Shown here: in pieces, positions 27,936-37,900 of the stretch | Position numbering within the stretch: position 1 is the first letter of the stretch | How the letters are laid out: every line of letters starts with the position of its first letter | Assembly: GCA_964638895.1 (NCBI GenBank) | Contig: CAZWYY010000013.1 | Location: 2,522-66,521 of the forward strand | DNA length: 64,000 nucleotides | Reading direction: 5' to 3' | Source: an uncultured Spirochaetaceae bacterium | GTDB taxonomy: Bacteria > Spirochaetota > Spirochaetia > SZUA-6 > RPPD01 | The notes under the pieces: model-generated | Seen by the model: the letters and a program-made list of their open reading frames with translations, nothing else | Database searches by the model: none | Told to the model about the DNA's origin: nothing | Position numbers and translations under genes: made by a program

Positions 27936-28589
27936 ATGAAACAAAAAAGCAAAATAGTTCCCTGTCTCCTCCTTTTACCGGTATTCGTTATGTCAGCGGC
28001 GTGTGTGAGTATAAAAAGTGAGGTCTGGGTGGAGGAAAACGGCGACGGCAGGGTGGAAATGCAGTACCGCATGCCGGTGAAGCTGATCGAGTGGCTTAAG
28101 CAATCAGATTATGGCGGGCAGGTGATTCTTGTCAATGGGATTGAGATTCCCGAAGGGCTGTCCGAACCATACATGCGCGGGGAAATTTCCGATGAACAGG
28201 ACTTGCGCCTGTCCGCGTATAAGGTGACCCAGGACGGAAACGATATCTTCGTCTCTTTTACAATTGAGTTCATGCAGGCCGATGATCTGTCCCGCATTTC
28301 ATTTATTCCGCCCATATCCATAGACCCCGGAGATGGAACCATGGAGTTCAGTCAGTCCGTATGCATGCAGGCGGATCTGGACACTTCGAACAGTGAGGCG
28401 GTCAGGGTGTATAAGGACTACAAAAACACGTTTATTGTGCACGCACCGCGGCCGATCACGGCGCATAACATGGGCCGGTTGGAAGAGGACGGACGCACTC
28501 TGGTTTTTGAATACGAACTATTGTCCTGTCCGGAATGTGAGAAGGCCATGCAGGACGGGGGGGATGGGCAGTTGACGGCATCATGGTAG
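27936..28589 (+). CDS. Secreted protein / putative lipoprotein
   Basis: N-terminal signal-like LLLLPVFVMSAAC. Confidence 0.4.
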   Translation: MKQKSKIVPCLLLLPVFVMSAACVSIKSEVWVEENGDGRVEMQYRMPVKLIEWLKQSDYGGQVILVNGIEIPEGLSEPYMRGEISDEQDLRLSAYKVTQDGNDIFVSFTIEFMQADDLSRISFIPPISIDPGDGTMEFSQSVCMQADLDTSNSEAVRVYKDYKNTFIVHAPRPITAHNMGRLEEDGRTLVFEYELLSCPECEKAMQDGGDGQLTASW

Positions 28590-28598
28590 GCGGATGAA

Positions 28599-29309
28599 TC
28601 AGGCAAACAAATCCACCCGGCTTCCGGGGTCGGATATTTTGACGGTTCGGGTAGTGCCGCCCGCGATGTACGGCTGGCCGGTCCTGGGGTCATACCGTAC
28701 CCTATAGGAAACGGTCACCAGGATGCGTTCACCCTTGAGTGCGGCCTCGCTCACTCTTCTGCCCACGTGTTCCGCTTCATGGGCGGGAACGGCCAGAAAG
28801 GACTGGGGGCCGGTCAGGGTGGAGGGATAGGTGAACGACACGCCGGCATCATTGGAAACATCCTTATAAGTGTGCTTCACCTGTTCCGGCGTTTGTAAGG
28901 CAGGCTGCGGGGCCGGTTTTTCAGGCGGATTTGCCTCTGCTGCCCCAAGCGGAGGCATACGGCTTTTTTCGGATGGCGGGCCGGGTGGTGTGGCGCCGGA
29001 CTGCAGAGGCGGTGCGCCGGTTTCTTTTCCCGGGCTGAGGATCCGAACCGCCTTCTGCGCGAAATTCTCAGCCGCGGCTGTATTCCCGTTTTTCAGCGCG
29101 GTCTGGGCCATGAACATAAGATTCAATACCCTGGGATCAACAGCGCCGAATGTTGACCTAAAAAGTAATGCCCTGGCCTTACGCAGGGTCTCGCCCGCCT
29201 GACCCGGGGAGACCCGGGGACGAGCCGGTAAAATCGCTGACATGTTGGTATAATACCCGGCCGCACCTGTTACGAACGCACTTCTCATACTATTAATAAT
29301 ACTATACAC
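28599..29309 (-). CDS. Hypothetical protein with Pro-rich linker and an HExxH motif (possible metallopeptidase)
   Basis: AHEAEHV motif; immediately downstream of the hybrid kinase gene on the same strand. Confidence 0.3.
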   Translation of the reverse strand: MYSIINSMRSAFVTGAAGYYTNMSAILPARPRVSPGQAGETLRKARALLFRSTFGAVDPRVLNLMFMAQTALKNGNTAAAENFAQKAVRILSPGKETGAPPLQSGATPPGPPSEKSRMPPLGAAEANPPEKPAPQPALQTPEQVKHTYKDVSNDAGVSFTYPSTLTGPQSFLAVPAHEAEHVGRRVSEAALKGERILVTVSYRVRYDPRTGQPYIAGGTTRTVKISDPGSRVDLFA

Positions 29310-29330
29310 GTTACGGATTTGAAAAATGAA

Positions 29331-32300
29331 TTATTCCATTTCCTGAAGTTCCGTAAAACCAACTGTTTTATTTTTTCCGGTTTTTTTGGCATGGCTCATT
29401 GCACGTTGTGCCATTTCCAAAAGCAGGTTTTTAATATCCTGTTTTATTTTTTGAATACCACGCCAATCCGTACTTTCCTCAAGGTTCATTTCAAAGACGG
29501 CCTTAAGATCTTCTATGTTAAGCTTCGAGCAAATATAGCCGCCGTTGTCTATCAATGATGAAATTCCCAGGCTGGCACTCAAGGTGATTTTTTTTCCTCT
29601 TGCGGTGATTTGTGTGCTTTCAATGGTATGCCGAAGCTTTTCAGCATATGAATGCGCCTGTTCGAGTGTGGTCTCGGGCAGTATGATCAAAAACTCCTGT
29701 GCGTTGTAGCGCCCGGCCCGGTAGTATCCCCGAAGCGAATCCTTGATTATTCTTCCTGCGTCGGCAAGAATCGCGTCACCGGAACGGTATCCGAACTCCT
29801 TGTTTAAAGCGGTAAAATCATCAAGATCAAACAGGATTACCGAAAGGTGCCGGTATACGCGCAGCATAAGCAGGTCTTCCAGTGAAACCATGATTGTGGT
29901 CCTGTTGGCAAGCCCGGTCAGGCTGTCGAGGGGTGCCTGGTTAAGCAGCTGCAGGTACTCCATATGCCTCCGCATATGGATATCGACACTTACCAGGAAC
30001 TCCTTTTCGTCAATCGGTTTGGTGAGAAAGGTCAGCACGCCTTTTTCCTTTCGTTCCTGGATGATGCGTTTGTCGGTCATCACGGTCAGGAAAAGCACGG
30101 GTGTCTGTTTTAAATACGGATTTGAGGCGATTATATCTTGCATTTCATCCCCGCGCATCTTGGGCATATTATAATCCGAGATGATCAGGTCGACGCCGTA
30201 TTTATACACGGCATCGATCGCGTCCCTGCCGTTGGTGGCGGTGATAAAATTCATATACCCGGCCTTTTCCAGATACTCCTTGACAATGGCCCGGATGGGC
30301 TCGTCGTCATCCACGATGAGGATTACCCCTTTTTTGGGATCATACTCGTTTTCCCTGTTTCGCTCGGGGAAAAAGGTCTGAATCTCCTCTTTTTGCAGGC
30401 TGTCCTTGATATTTGATTTGATAATTTTTTTCAATTGAGAACGCTTTGAGAGATCCGACGGTTCATTTGCGTTTTGGCTGTCAATACTCAAATCATAAAA
30501 GGCCTCCGTACCTTTTTTAAACTCCAGAATAAAACAGGCTCCCTTTCCGGGGCCCTCGGACTCGGCCCGGATTGAACCCCGTAGGTAGCGGGTAAGCTCT
30601 TTCGCGAAGGCCAGCCCGATACCCGTGCCCGCGTACCTGTTATTGTGATGTTCATCCAACTGCTCGAACCTGCCGAAGATTATTTCAAGCTTATCCCGGG
30701 GAATTCCTATGCCATTGTCGCGGACCCTGATTTCCACCGTAGTTGCTTTATTGAGTAATGAGATGGTGATTATCCCTTTGCGCGGGTCAACAAACTTCAG
30801 TGCATTGGATACCAGGTTATGCAGAATCTCTTCCAGTTTATCCACATCGGTATAAAAATCTTCTATTTCATGTTCGGGCAGGCGACTTTGAATGGTTACC
30901 CCGGACGAGGCCGTGGCCGATTTATAGAAATTGATTATATTTTCAATATAGGCCTTGAGTCCTAGCTTTTGAATCCGTAGTTTGATGCCCAGGGCGTCCA
31001 TCTTTGCCAGGTCCAACAGCCTGTCTATGGTTTGTTTAAGTTTCACGGACGCTTCATAGATGATATTATACCGGTCTATGACCTCATTAAAATGCTCCTT
31101 AGTATCGGACATAAGGCCGAGCCGGGCGGAGTTGAGAATTACCGTCAGGTGGGACCGAAAATCGTGCGTAATATTGGCTATAAAATCGTTTTTTAAGCGG
31201 TCCAGGTCGGACAGCTTTTTATCTTTTTCTATAATCTCCTGCATCATCATGGAAGCCTTAAGTGAGCTTCTAATCAGCTCACTTAAGGCCAGGCTGGATA
31301 TCTCCTCCAGTGGGTTAAACTCCAGGCCCACAAAACCCATCTGTTCCTGCCTGAAGATAAGGGGCTGGAAGATGATATTGTAGCGGCGCTTCAGTTTTAC
31401 AACTTCTTTAGGGAGTAAATGCCTGGCCGTGTACATATACCCTGTTTTCCCCAAGGGAATCCGGCCGTTTTCATTATAGGCAAGCAATAGACAAGCTATT
31501 TTATAAATTTTTTCCGCGGCCGTATGCACCGAAAGATAACAGCTTTTTATCCCGATCCGGGGAAGCTCAACGGCAAGGTTATCCATGAGTGTGGGTACAT
31601 CAAAAGACCCGATAAAGGTATCGATTACATACTGCAGGGTTTTGGTGGTGTCAGCAAGCCTCAGTCTCTTGTCGGATTCGAAGTGTTTGGCCATATCTTT
31701 GATCATAATCCTGGCCTGGTGCAGCATGTTTTCGGCTTTTATCAGTTGATCGGGGTTGGTGCGGAGATAAGGCAGCATGATTTTCCGCAGACTCGAGATA
31801 GTATTTCCCCAGACCATATCATCCATACCCGCGGGCCAGGATCTGTGCAAAGCCTTATCGAGTCTGGGCAGGAATATATTCGATTGTGTATCGATACTTA
31901 ATTCAGTCTGAAAAGCGTCGATCACATCCTCAACAAACGGGGTGATGAAATTTTGGGATATGGGCCCATTATGTTCGTTCAGTTCATGCAGCAAAGAGGT
32001 TTTAATGCTGTCAAAACCGGGCTTAGAGGCGTTTTTGGGCGTGTCCTTCCCGGACGGGGCCACCCTCCCCGTTTCGTGCGAAAGGCAACCGCATGAGCGC
32101 CTGATTATTACCTTGGTCTTGAACAGTTCCAAATCAGGCACCGGCTCTCCCCTTATTTTTTGCAGCAGGATCTCGGCGGCACGTTTGGACATTTCAAAGG
32201 TCGGCTGACGCACCGTGGTGAGCGGCAGAAAAAGGTGGCGGGCGCTCCGGATATCATCAAAACCGGTAACGGCCACCTGGTCTGGAATAATGATATTACG

Positions 32301-32987
32301 GTCTCGTAATGCTTTCATGGCGGCTATGGCCATTCCGTCATTGGCGGAAACTACCGCTTCAAACTCCCGTTTCTTGTTTAAGGCGTCAAGCACAATCCTG
32401 TAAGCCGCATCCGTATAAAAATCGGCTTGTGTTATCAACGCGGGATCGGGCATAATATTATGTGCCTGCAGAGCGGATTCAAAAATGCGCTGTCTTTCCG
32501 CCGCGTCCTGGTTTGTTTTGGGCCCGCCGATATAAAGGAATTTGCGGTACCCGTGATCTTCAATAAGGTGGTTCATGATTGATCTGAAACCCAGTTGGTT
32601 TTCGGCCTGGACATTGGTAATGCCCTGAAGTTGAAATCCGATGCTGACCATAGGCAGGGGCTGAAATCTTTTGCAGTATTCGCTTAACCGTTCATTCCCT
32701 ATAAACGTTGCCAAAACGGTGGAGGCCACGATCAGGCCGTTCAGTGAAAAAGGGGAGATGAGTTTGAATATTTCGTTATGCAGGCGCGCCGATTTATCCT
32801 CAGGCTTAAAATCACCGCTTAGAAAACAGACTACATTGACATCGGCCTCCTTGGCGGTCTGTTCCACTCCGGCCCAGATAATCCGCTGGTAGTCATCATC
32901 CACGTTATCCAAAAGCAGACCGATGGTAAGGCGTAAATCCTTTTTATCCGTGTTCTTTTTATTCGCTGTCTTCTTCCGCATTTTCAT
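29331..32987 (-). CDS. Hybrid sensor histidine kinase / response regulator with LacI-type (PBP type-1) ligand-binding domain and degenerate GGDEF domain
   Basis: N-terminal PBP1 sugar-binding-like region; H-box ITHDFRSHL; HATPase GTGIGLAFAKEL; REC ILIVDDDEPIR...DLIISDYNMP; GGDEF-like region with RYNAQEF. Confidence 0.8.
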   Translation of the reverse strand: MKMRKKTANKKNTDKKDLRLTIGLLLDNVDDDYQRIIWAGVEQTAKEADVNVVCFLSGDFKPEDKSARLHNEIFKLISPFSLNGLIVASTVLATFIGNERLSEYCKRFQPLPMVSIGFQLQGITNVQAENQLGFRSIMNHLIEDHGYRKFLYIGGPKTNQDAAERQRIFESALQAHNIMPDPALITQADFYTDAAYRIVLDALNKKREFEAVVSANDGMAIAAMKALRDRNIIIPDQVAVTGFDDIRSARHLFLPLTTVRQPTFEMSKRAAEILLQKIRGEPVPDLELFKTKVIIRRSCGCLSHETGRVAPSGKDTPKNASKPGFDSIKTSLLHELNEHNGPISQNFITPFVEDVIDAFQTELSIDTQSNIFLPRLDKALHRSWPAGMDDMVWGNTISSLRKIMLPYLRTNPDQLIKAENMLHQARIMIKDMAKHFESDKRLRLADTTKTLQYVIDTFIGSFDVPTLMDNLAVELPRIGIKSCYLSVHTAAEKIYKIACLLLAYNENGRIPLGKTGYMYTARHLLPKEVVKLKRRYNIIFQPLIFRQEQMGFVGLEFNPLEEISSLALSELIRSSLKASMMMQEIIEKDKKLSDLDRLKNDFIANITHDFRSHLTVILNSARLGLMSDTKEHFNEVIDRYNIIYEASVKLKQTIDRLLDLAKMDALGIKLRIQKLGLKAYIENIINFYKSATASSGVTIQSRLPEHEIEDFYTDVDKLEEILHNLVSNALKFVDPRKGIITISLLNKATTVEIRVRDNGIGIPRDKLEIIFGRFEQLDEHHNNRYAGTGIGLAFAKELTRYLRGSIRAESEGPGKGACFILEFKKGTEAFYDLSIDSQNANEPSDLSKRSQLKKIIKSNIKDSLQKEEIQTFFPERNRENEYDPKKGVILIVDDDEPIRAIVKEYLEKAGYMNFITATNGRDAIDAVYKYGVDLIISDYNMPKMRGDEMQDIIASNPYLKQTPVLFLTVMTDKRIIQERKEKGVLTFLTKPIDEKEFLVSVDIHMRRHMEYLQLLNQAPLDSLTGLANRTTIMVSLEDLLMLRVYRHLSVILFDLDDFTALNKEFGYRSGDAILADAGRIIKDSLRGYYRAGRYNAQEFLIILPETTLEQAHSYAEKLRHTIESTQITARGKKITLSASLGISSLIDNGGYICSKLNIEDLKAVFEMNLEESTDWRGIQKIKQDIKNLLLEMAQRAMSHAKKTGKNKTVGFTELQEME

Positions 32988-33153
32988 AATTTATATGTAA
33001 TTTATTTTTATCCTCTTATATATATTTTAAATGGAAAACGGATGAATATCAACACAAGATACGGGAGAGTGCGGGTAAAAAAGTCTTACCGCCGTCTGAA
33101 ACAATGATTTTTTTCTTGAAGAAAACCATTCTACATTATAGTGTAAGAACCAA
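32988..33153. promoter_or_regulatory. AT-rich divergent intergenic region between the kinase (-) and SDR (+) genes; probable promoters
   Basis: ATAATTTATATGTAATTTATTTTTATCCTCTTATATATATTTTAAATGG between two divergently oriented starts. Confidence 0.3.
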
Positions 33154-33999
33154 ATGGCGGAAGGCCCCGTTGGAACACATGTTATGAAAGATTCATTCTT
33201 AATGCGCTACGGGCCCTGGGCTGTGGTGGCCGGGGCTTCGGAGGGATTGGGAAGGGCCTTTGCACAGGCTTTGGCCGGTAAGGGACTGGATCTTATCCTT
33301 ATGGCCAGGAGACGGTCACCGCTGCAGGCGCTTGCCGCTGAATTAAAAGCGAAATTTGCAGTCCGTGTTCGTGTTTTAATAATGGACCTGGGCCGTGTCG
33401 ATCTTTCGGTGTACCTGAAGCGCGCACTACGGGGCATCGACATCGGGTTAGTGGTCTATAATGCCGCCTTTTCCAATATCGGAGGATTTCTGGAGAGGTC
33501 CCTGGAAGATCATAGAAGGCTTGTATCGGTCAACTGCCTGGGGCCGCTTATCTTCTGTCATGTAGTCGCTGGGCGGATGAGAAGCAGGGGAAGCGGCGGA
33601 ATCATCCTGATGTCTTCCCTGAGCGGAATGGTGGGCAGTGCCAAGCTGGTCCATTATGCGGCCAGTAAGGCCTACCTGAGGATTTTGGCCGAGGGCCTGT
33701 GGTATGAGTTTAAGCGGTGCGGGGTGGATGTCCTGGCCTGCTGCGCAGGCGCGGTCGACACGCCCAACTATCGCCGCAGCCTGACCACTGCGCAGACCGG
33801 GGCCGGAGTTCCGGTGACGCGGGCCGAGACGGTGGTGGCAAAGACCCTTGCTGCGCTGGGCAGAAAAATAATAATTGTTCCGGGTTTTTTAAACAAACTG
33901 AATTATTTCTTGATACAGAGGATTCTTTCCAGAAAAGGCGCGGTCTCTCTGATCTGTAAGGTAACCGAGAGGTTGTATAAAGGCGACTCCCGAAAGTAA
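33154..33999 (+). CDS. Short-chain dehydrogenase/reductase (SDR)
   Basis: AVVAGASEGLGRAFA cofactor-binding motif; YAASKAY catalytic motif. Confidence 0.8.
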   Translation: MAEGPVGTHVMKDSFLMRYGPWAVVAGASEGLGRAFAQALAGKGLDLILMARRRSPLQALAAELKAKFAVRVRVLIMDLGRVDLSVYLKRALRGIDIGLVVYNAAFSNIGGFLERSLEDHRRLVSVNCLGPLIFCHVVAGRMRSRGSGGIILMSSLSGMVGSAKLVHYAASKAYLRILAEGLWYEFKRCGVDVLACCAGAVDTPNYRRSLTTAQTGAGVPVTRAETVVAKTLAALGRKIIIVPGFLNKLNYFLIQRILSRKGAVSLICKVTERLYKGDSRK

Positions 34000-34015
34000 G
34001 TTTCCAGGGGAAAAA

Positions 34016-34029
34016 GCCGCTTAAGCGGC
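34016..34029. terminator. Palindromic hairpin (GCCGCTTAAGCGGC) between convergent genes
   Basis: Perfect 14-nt palindrome after the SDR stop; no T-run, so weak. Confidence 0.25.
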
Positions 34030-34065
34030 CGCGCGCAAGCTAATATGATATCCGTACGGCCGCGC

Positions 34066-34785
34066 TTACGCCTCCGTATGTAGGAAGAACGGCCAGGCTG
34101 ACCTCCGCCCCGCCTTGTTTTTGACTATGGTCTGATCCCTTTTCCACGCCTTGTATGAACCGTACTCATTTTCAGCAGAGGATTTAATACTCAGCCGCAA
34201 AATACGAAGACCACAGTGTAATATACCTTGGTAGAGAAACGTATCATGCGCATAAGCTAAATTTGTGTTGCTGTCCGGTGGAACGAACAGGTAAAAAGCC
34301 AACTCGGCCAACCCGGTGGCGATCAATACTCCGCCCCCAATATACCTGTCGCTTTCCGTCTCGTGCGCCAGTTTTTCCAGGTATATTTCGCCTGTATTGA
34401 TCTTTTTACGCATATTCTCCGGAGTGTCCTGGGGAAGCTCCTTAAACCGTTCCGGGAGGGTCTCAAAATCCGTCGGCAGGCATAAGACCAGCACCCCGCC
34501 GATAACGGCCGCGCCGACGCTGGCCGCAAAAATTATATCATACATCAGGCGGTCATCAGATGGTACATCAGGTATTGTCTCGGCTAATATCACCCCGCCC
34601 GCGCCGATAAGTACCCCCGAACCTATGAGGGCCCAGCCTCCTATATTTCTTCCCAGCCTGGCCACCTCCTGAATCAAGGAAAGATGAGTTTCCAGTCGAT
34701 CCAACTGCCGATGCTCGTATTCCTGGCTGAAACCACTGAACCCCAGGCAGATCGTAAGAATCGTAACCATAATTATTTTCTTCAT
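34066..34785 (-). CDS. Membrane/exported hypothetical protein
   Basis: N-terminal signal-like MKKIIMVTILTICLGFSGFS plus internal hydrophobic segments. Confidence 0.4.
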   Translation of the reverse strand: MKKIIMVTILTICLGFSGFSQEYEHRQLDRLETHLSLIQEVARLGRNIGGWALIGSGVLIGAGGVILAETIPDVPSDDRLMYDIIFAASVGAAVIGGVLVLCLPTDFETLPERFKELPQDTPENMRKKINTGEIYLEKLAHETESDRYIGGGVLIATGLAELAFYLFVPPDSNTNLAYAHDTFLYQGILHCGLRILRLSIKSSAENEYGSYKAWKRDQTIVKNKAGRRSAWPFFLHTEA

Positions 34786-34914
34786 TTTTTATCCAATCCG
34801 CTTCTACATATTAAGAGCAATAAATAGCAGTGATTTTAAAAAAACAATACCTGTAGGATACATTCAAAAAATAGATTCTGGTTGTTTTTGAAATAATTCT
34901 CTATACTACGAAAC

Positions 34915-37900
34915 ATGAGTGCGCTTGAGCTTTTCCATCCCGTAATTCGGGAATGGTTTTTACGCAGGTTTGGGTCTCCTACCGAGGTGCAGGAGCGCTC
35001 CTGGCCCGAAATCAGCGCCGGCAGGCATGTGCTGGTTACGGCGCCTACGGGCAGCGGAAAGACTTTGACGGCCTTCCTCTGGGCCTTGGACCGGTTCATA
35101 CGCGGAGCGCTCCCGCGGGGAGGCATGCGCGTGCTTTATATCTCGCCGCTGAAGGCCCTGAATAACGATATGAAGCAGAACCTCCTTTCGCCCCTGGAAG
35201 AATTGGAGGGTGTGTTTGCCGGAAAGGGACTGGAGTTTCCCCGACTTACGGTCGCGGTACGCAGCGGGGATACTCCACAGGCCGAGCGGCGGGCACTGCT
35301 TCACCACCAGCCCGAAATATTCATTACCACACCGGAAAGCCTGAATATTCTGCTTACCTCGATTCACGGCCGGCGGTTGTTTGCGGGCCTGACTGTGGTA
35401 ATCCTCGACGAGATTCACGCATTGGTTTCTCAGAAGCGAGGTACGCACCTGATTACCGCGGTGGAAAGGCTTGTGCCGATATGCGGTGAGTTCCAGCGCA
35501 TCGCGCTTTCGGCCACCGTGCGTCCGCTTGAGGTTGTGGCCGAGTTTGTGGGCGGTTACAGCATGCGTTCGGAGGACAAGACCGCCCTGTACAACAAACG
35601 CCCGGTTACTATAATAGAGGTTCCGCAGGGCAAGCGATATGAATTGGCCGTATGCCTGGCCGAAGAGGAAGGGCTGGAGGCCGTGCCGCGGATCCAAGAG
35701 CAGGGGCCGCGGGCGGGAGAGAATGGGGAGCCGGGGGATACGACGCGGGCGCCTGCGTCCACGGCGTCCCAGGTGATGGATTCCCTCGCGGGGCGGGACG
35801 CGGACATGGTATGGGACCTGCACGCCGCGGAGTTCCTGAAGCGGATTTCCGCGCACAACTCCACCCTGCTTTTTGTAAACAGCCGCAAAACAAGCGAAAG
35901 GGTCGCCCACCTCATAAACCAACAGGCCGGGGGGCTGGTTGCGTACTCACACCACGGCTCTCTTTCCCGGGAAATCCGCCTGGCGGTGGAGGAAAAGCTT
36001 AAATACGGGGAACTGAAGGCGATCGTGGCCACCAGTTCGCTTGAGTTGGGTATCGACATCGGCGAGCTGGACCAGGTGATTCTGGTCCAGACCCCGCCGT
36101 CACTCTCCTCGGCCGTGCAGCGCATCGGCAGGGCCGGTCATAAAGTAGGGGAAGTAAGCAGGGGCCTGTTTTACCCGCTGTTCGGCAGGGAGTTTGTTCT
36201 GGCCGCCGTGGCCGGCAGGTGCATCGTGAGACATGAGATCGAGGAGGTGCGCCCGGTAACAGGAGCGCTGGACATACTGGCCCAGGTTATTCTCTCCATG
36301 ACCGCGGTCGAGACCTGGGACCGGGATGAGCTTTATAATTTTATACGCTGCAGTTATCCGTATCATACACTCTCGCGCAGGCAGTTTGAGCTGGTCCTGG
36401 CCATGCTGGCCGGACGTTATGCCGATACCCCGCTGCGGGAGTTAAAGCCACGTCTGTCGCTGGACAAACTGGATAATTCCCTGCGGGCCAAAAAGGGGGC
36501 GCCGCTTCTGCTTTACCTCTCCGGCGGCACCATACCAGACCGCGGTTATTATAATCTTCGCCTTGGGTCCGGCGGGGAAAAAATCGGCGAACTGGACGAG
36601 GAGTTCGTCTGGGAGCGCAACATCGGTGATACCTTTGCCTTCGGGGTTCAGGCCTGGCGCATCCAACGCATCACCCATAATGACGTGGAGGTGGCGCCCG
36701 CTGACCGGGGCAGGGGCATGATCCCCTTCTGGCGGGCCGACCCCCGGAACAGGGACTTCTATTTTTCCGAGCGGATTCTGCTATTTCTACGGAAGGCGGA
36801 CGCCGAACTGGAAACGGCCGCGTTTGCGGATTATCTGCAGGATGAATGTTTTATGGAGCAGGAAGCCGCCGGCGAGCTCATCCATTATCTAACGCGACAG
36901 AAGCAGGTCCTGCAGACCGCTTTACCGCACCGGTACCATATCGTGATCGAGCATTACAACGATCCTTTTAATACCTCGGGCGGCAAACAGGTGATACTGC
37001 ATACATTCTGGGGGGGCAGGATCAACAGGCCCTTTGCCCTGGCCCTGGCCCAGGCCTGGGAAGAAGAATACAAATACCCACTGGAGGTTTTTGCGGATGA
37101 CGACTGCATTCTTTTAAACCTCCCCCATGATTTTCATGCCGAAGAACTGCTGCGGCTTGTACCCACCGATAAACTTGAGCTGCTGCTTAAAAAAAAGCTC
37201 CCAGGCTCGGCTTATTTCGGCGCCCTGTTCCGCGAGAACGCCGGCCGCGCGCTGCTTTTACCCCGGGCCTCCTTCGCCAGGCGCATGCCCTTGTGGCTCA
37301 ACCGCCTACGCGCGCAAAAGCTGCTGAAAGCGGTATCGCGCTATGACGATTTTCCCCTGGTTGTGGAAACCTGGAGGCAGTGCCTGCAGGACGAGTTTGA
37401 CCTTTCTTCACTCCAGATGCTGCTTGCGGAAATCGGCGGTGGTGAGATTACAGTCTCCGAGGCTGTCACCACCGTCCCTTCCCCCTTCGCGGGTAATATC
37501 ATCTGGAGGCAGACCAATAAATACATGTACGCGGACGACACCCCGTCCGCGGACGCCGTCTCATCCCTGGCCCAGGACCTCTATAAGGAGGTGGTGTCCT
37601 CGGCGCTTCTGCGGCCGCGCATCCCCCCTGAGCTGATCGAAGAACTTGAGCGCAAGCTGCAGCGGACTGCGCCGGGGTATGTGCCCGCGGACGCCCGGGA
37701 TATGCTGGACTGGGTTATTGAACGGCTGGTTATTCCGGAAAAAGAATGGCCGGCCCTGGCCGGCGCGTTCGAAAGGGATACGGGCAGGAGTTTCGGTGAG
37801 TTGCACCCGGAGCTATCTCTAAAACTGGTCCTGCTCTGTTTTCCGGGGGCGGCGGAGCGGATGGTTGCCGCGGCGGAGAACCTGCCCAGGATTACCAGGG

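Noticed and set aside
34960-36125. Long antisense ORFs (320 aa at 34960-35922 and 189 aa at 35556-36125) opposite the Lhr helicase gene
   Set aside because: Arg/Pro/Gly-rich low-complexity translations typical of shadow frames in GC-rich coding DNA; the sense strand encodes a coherent helicase with canonical motifs.
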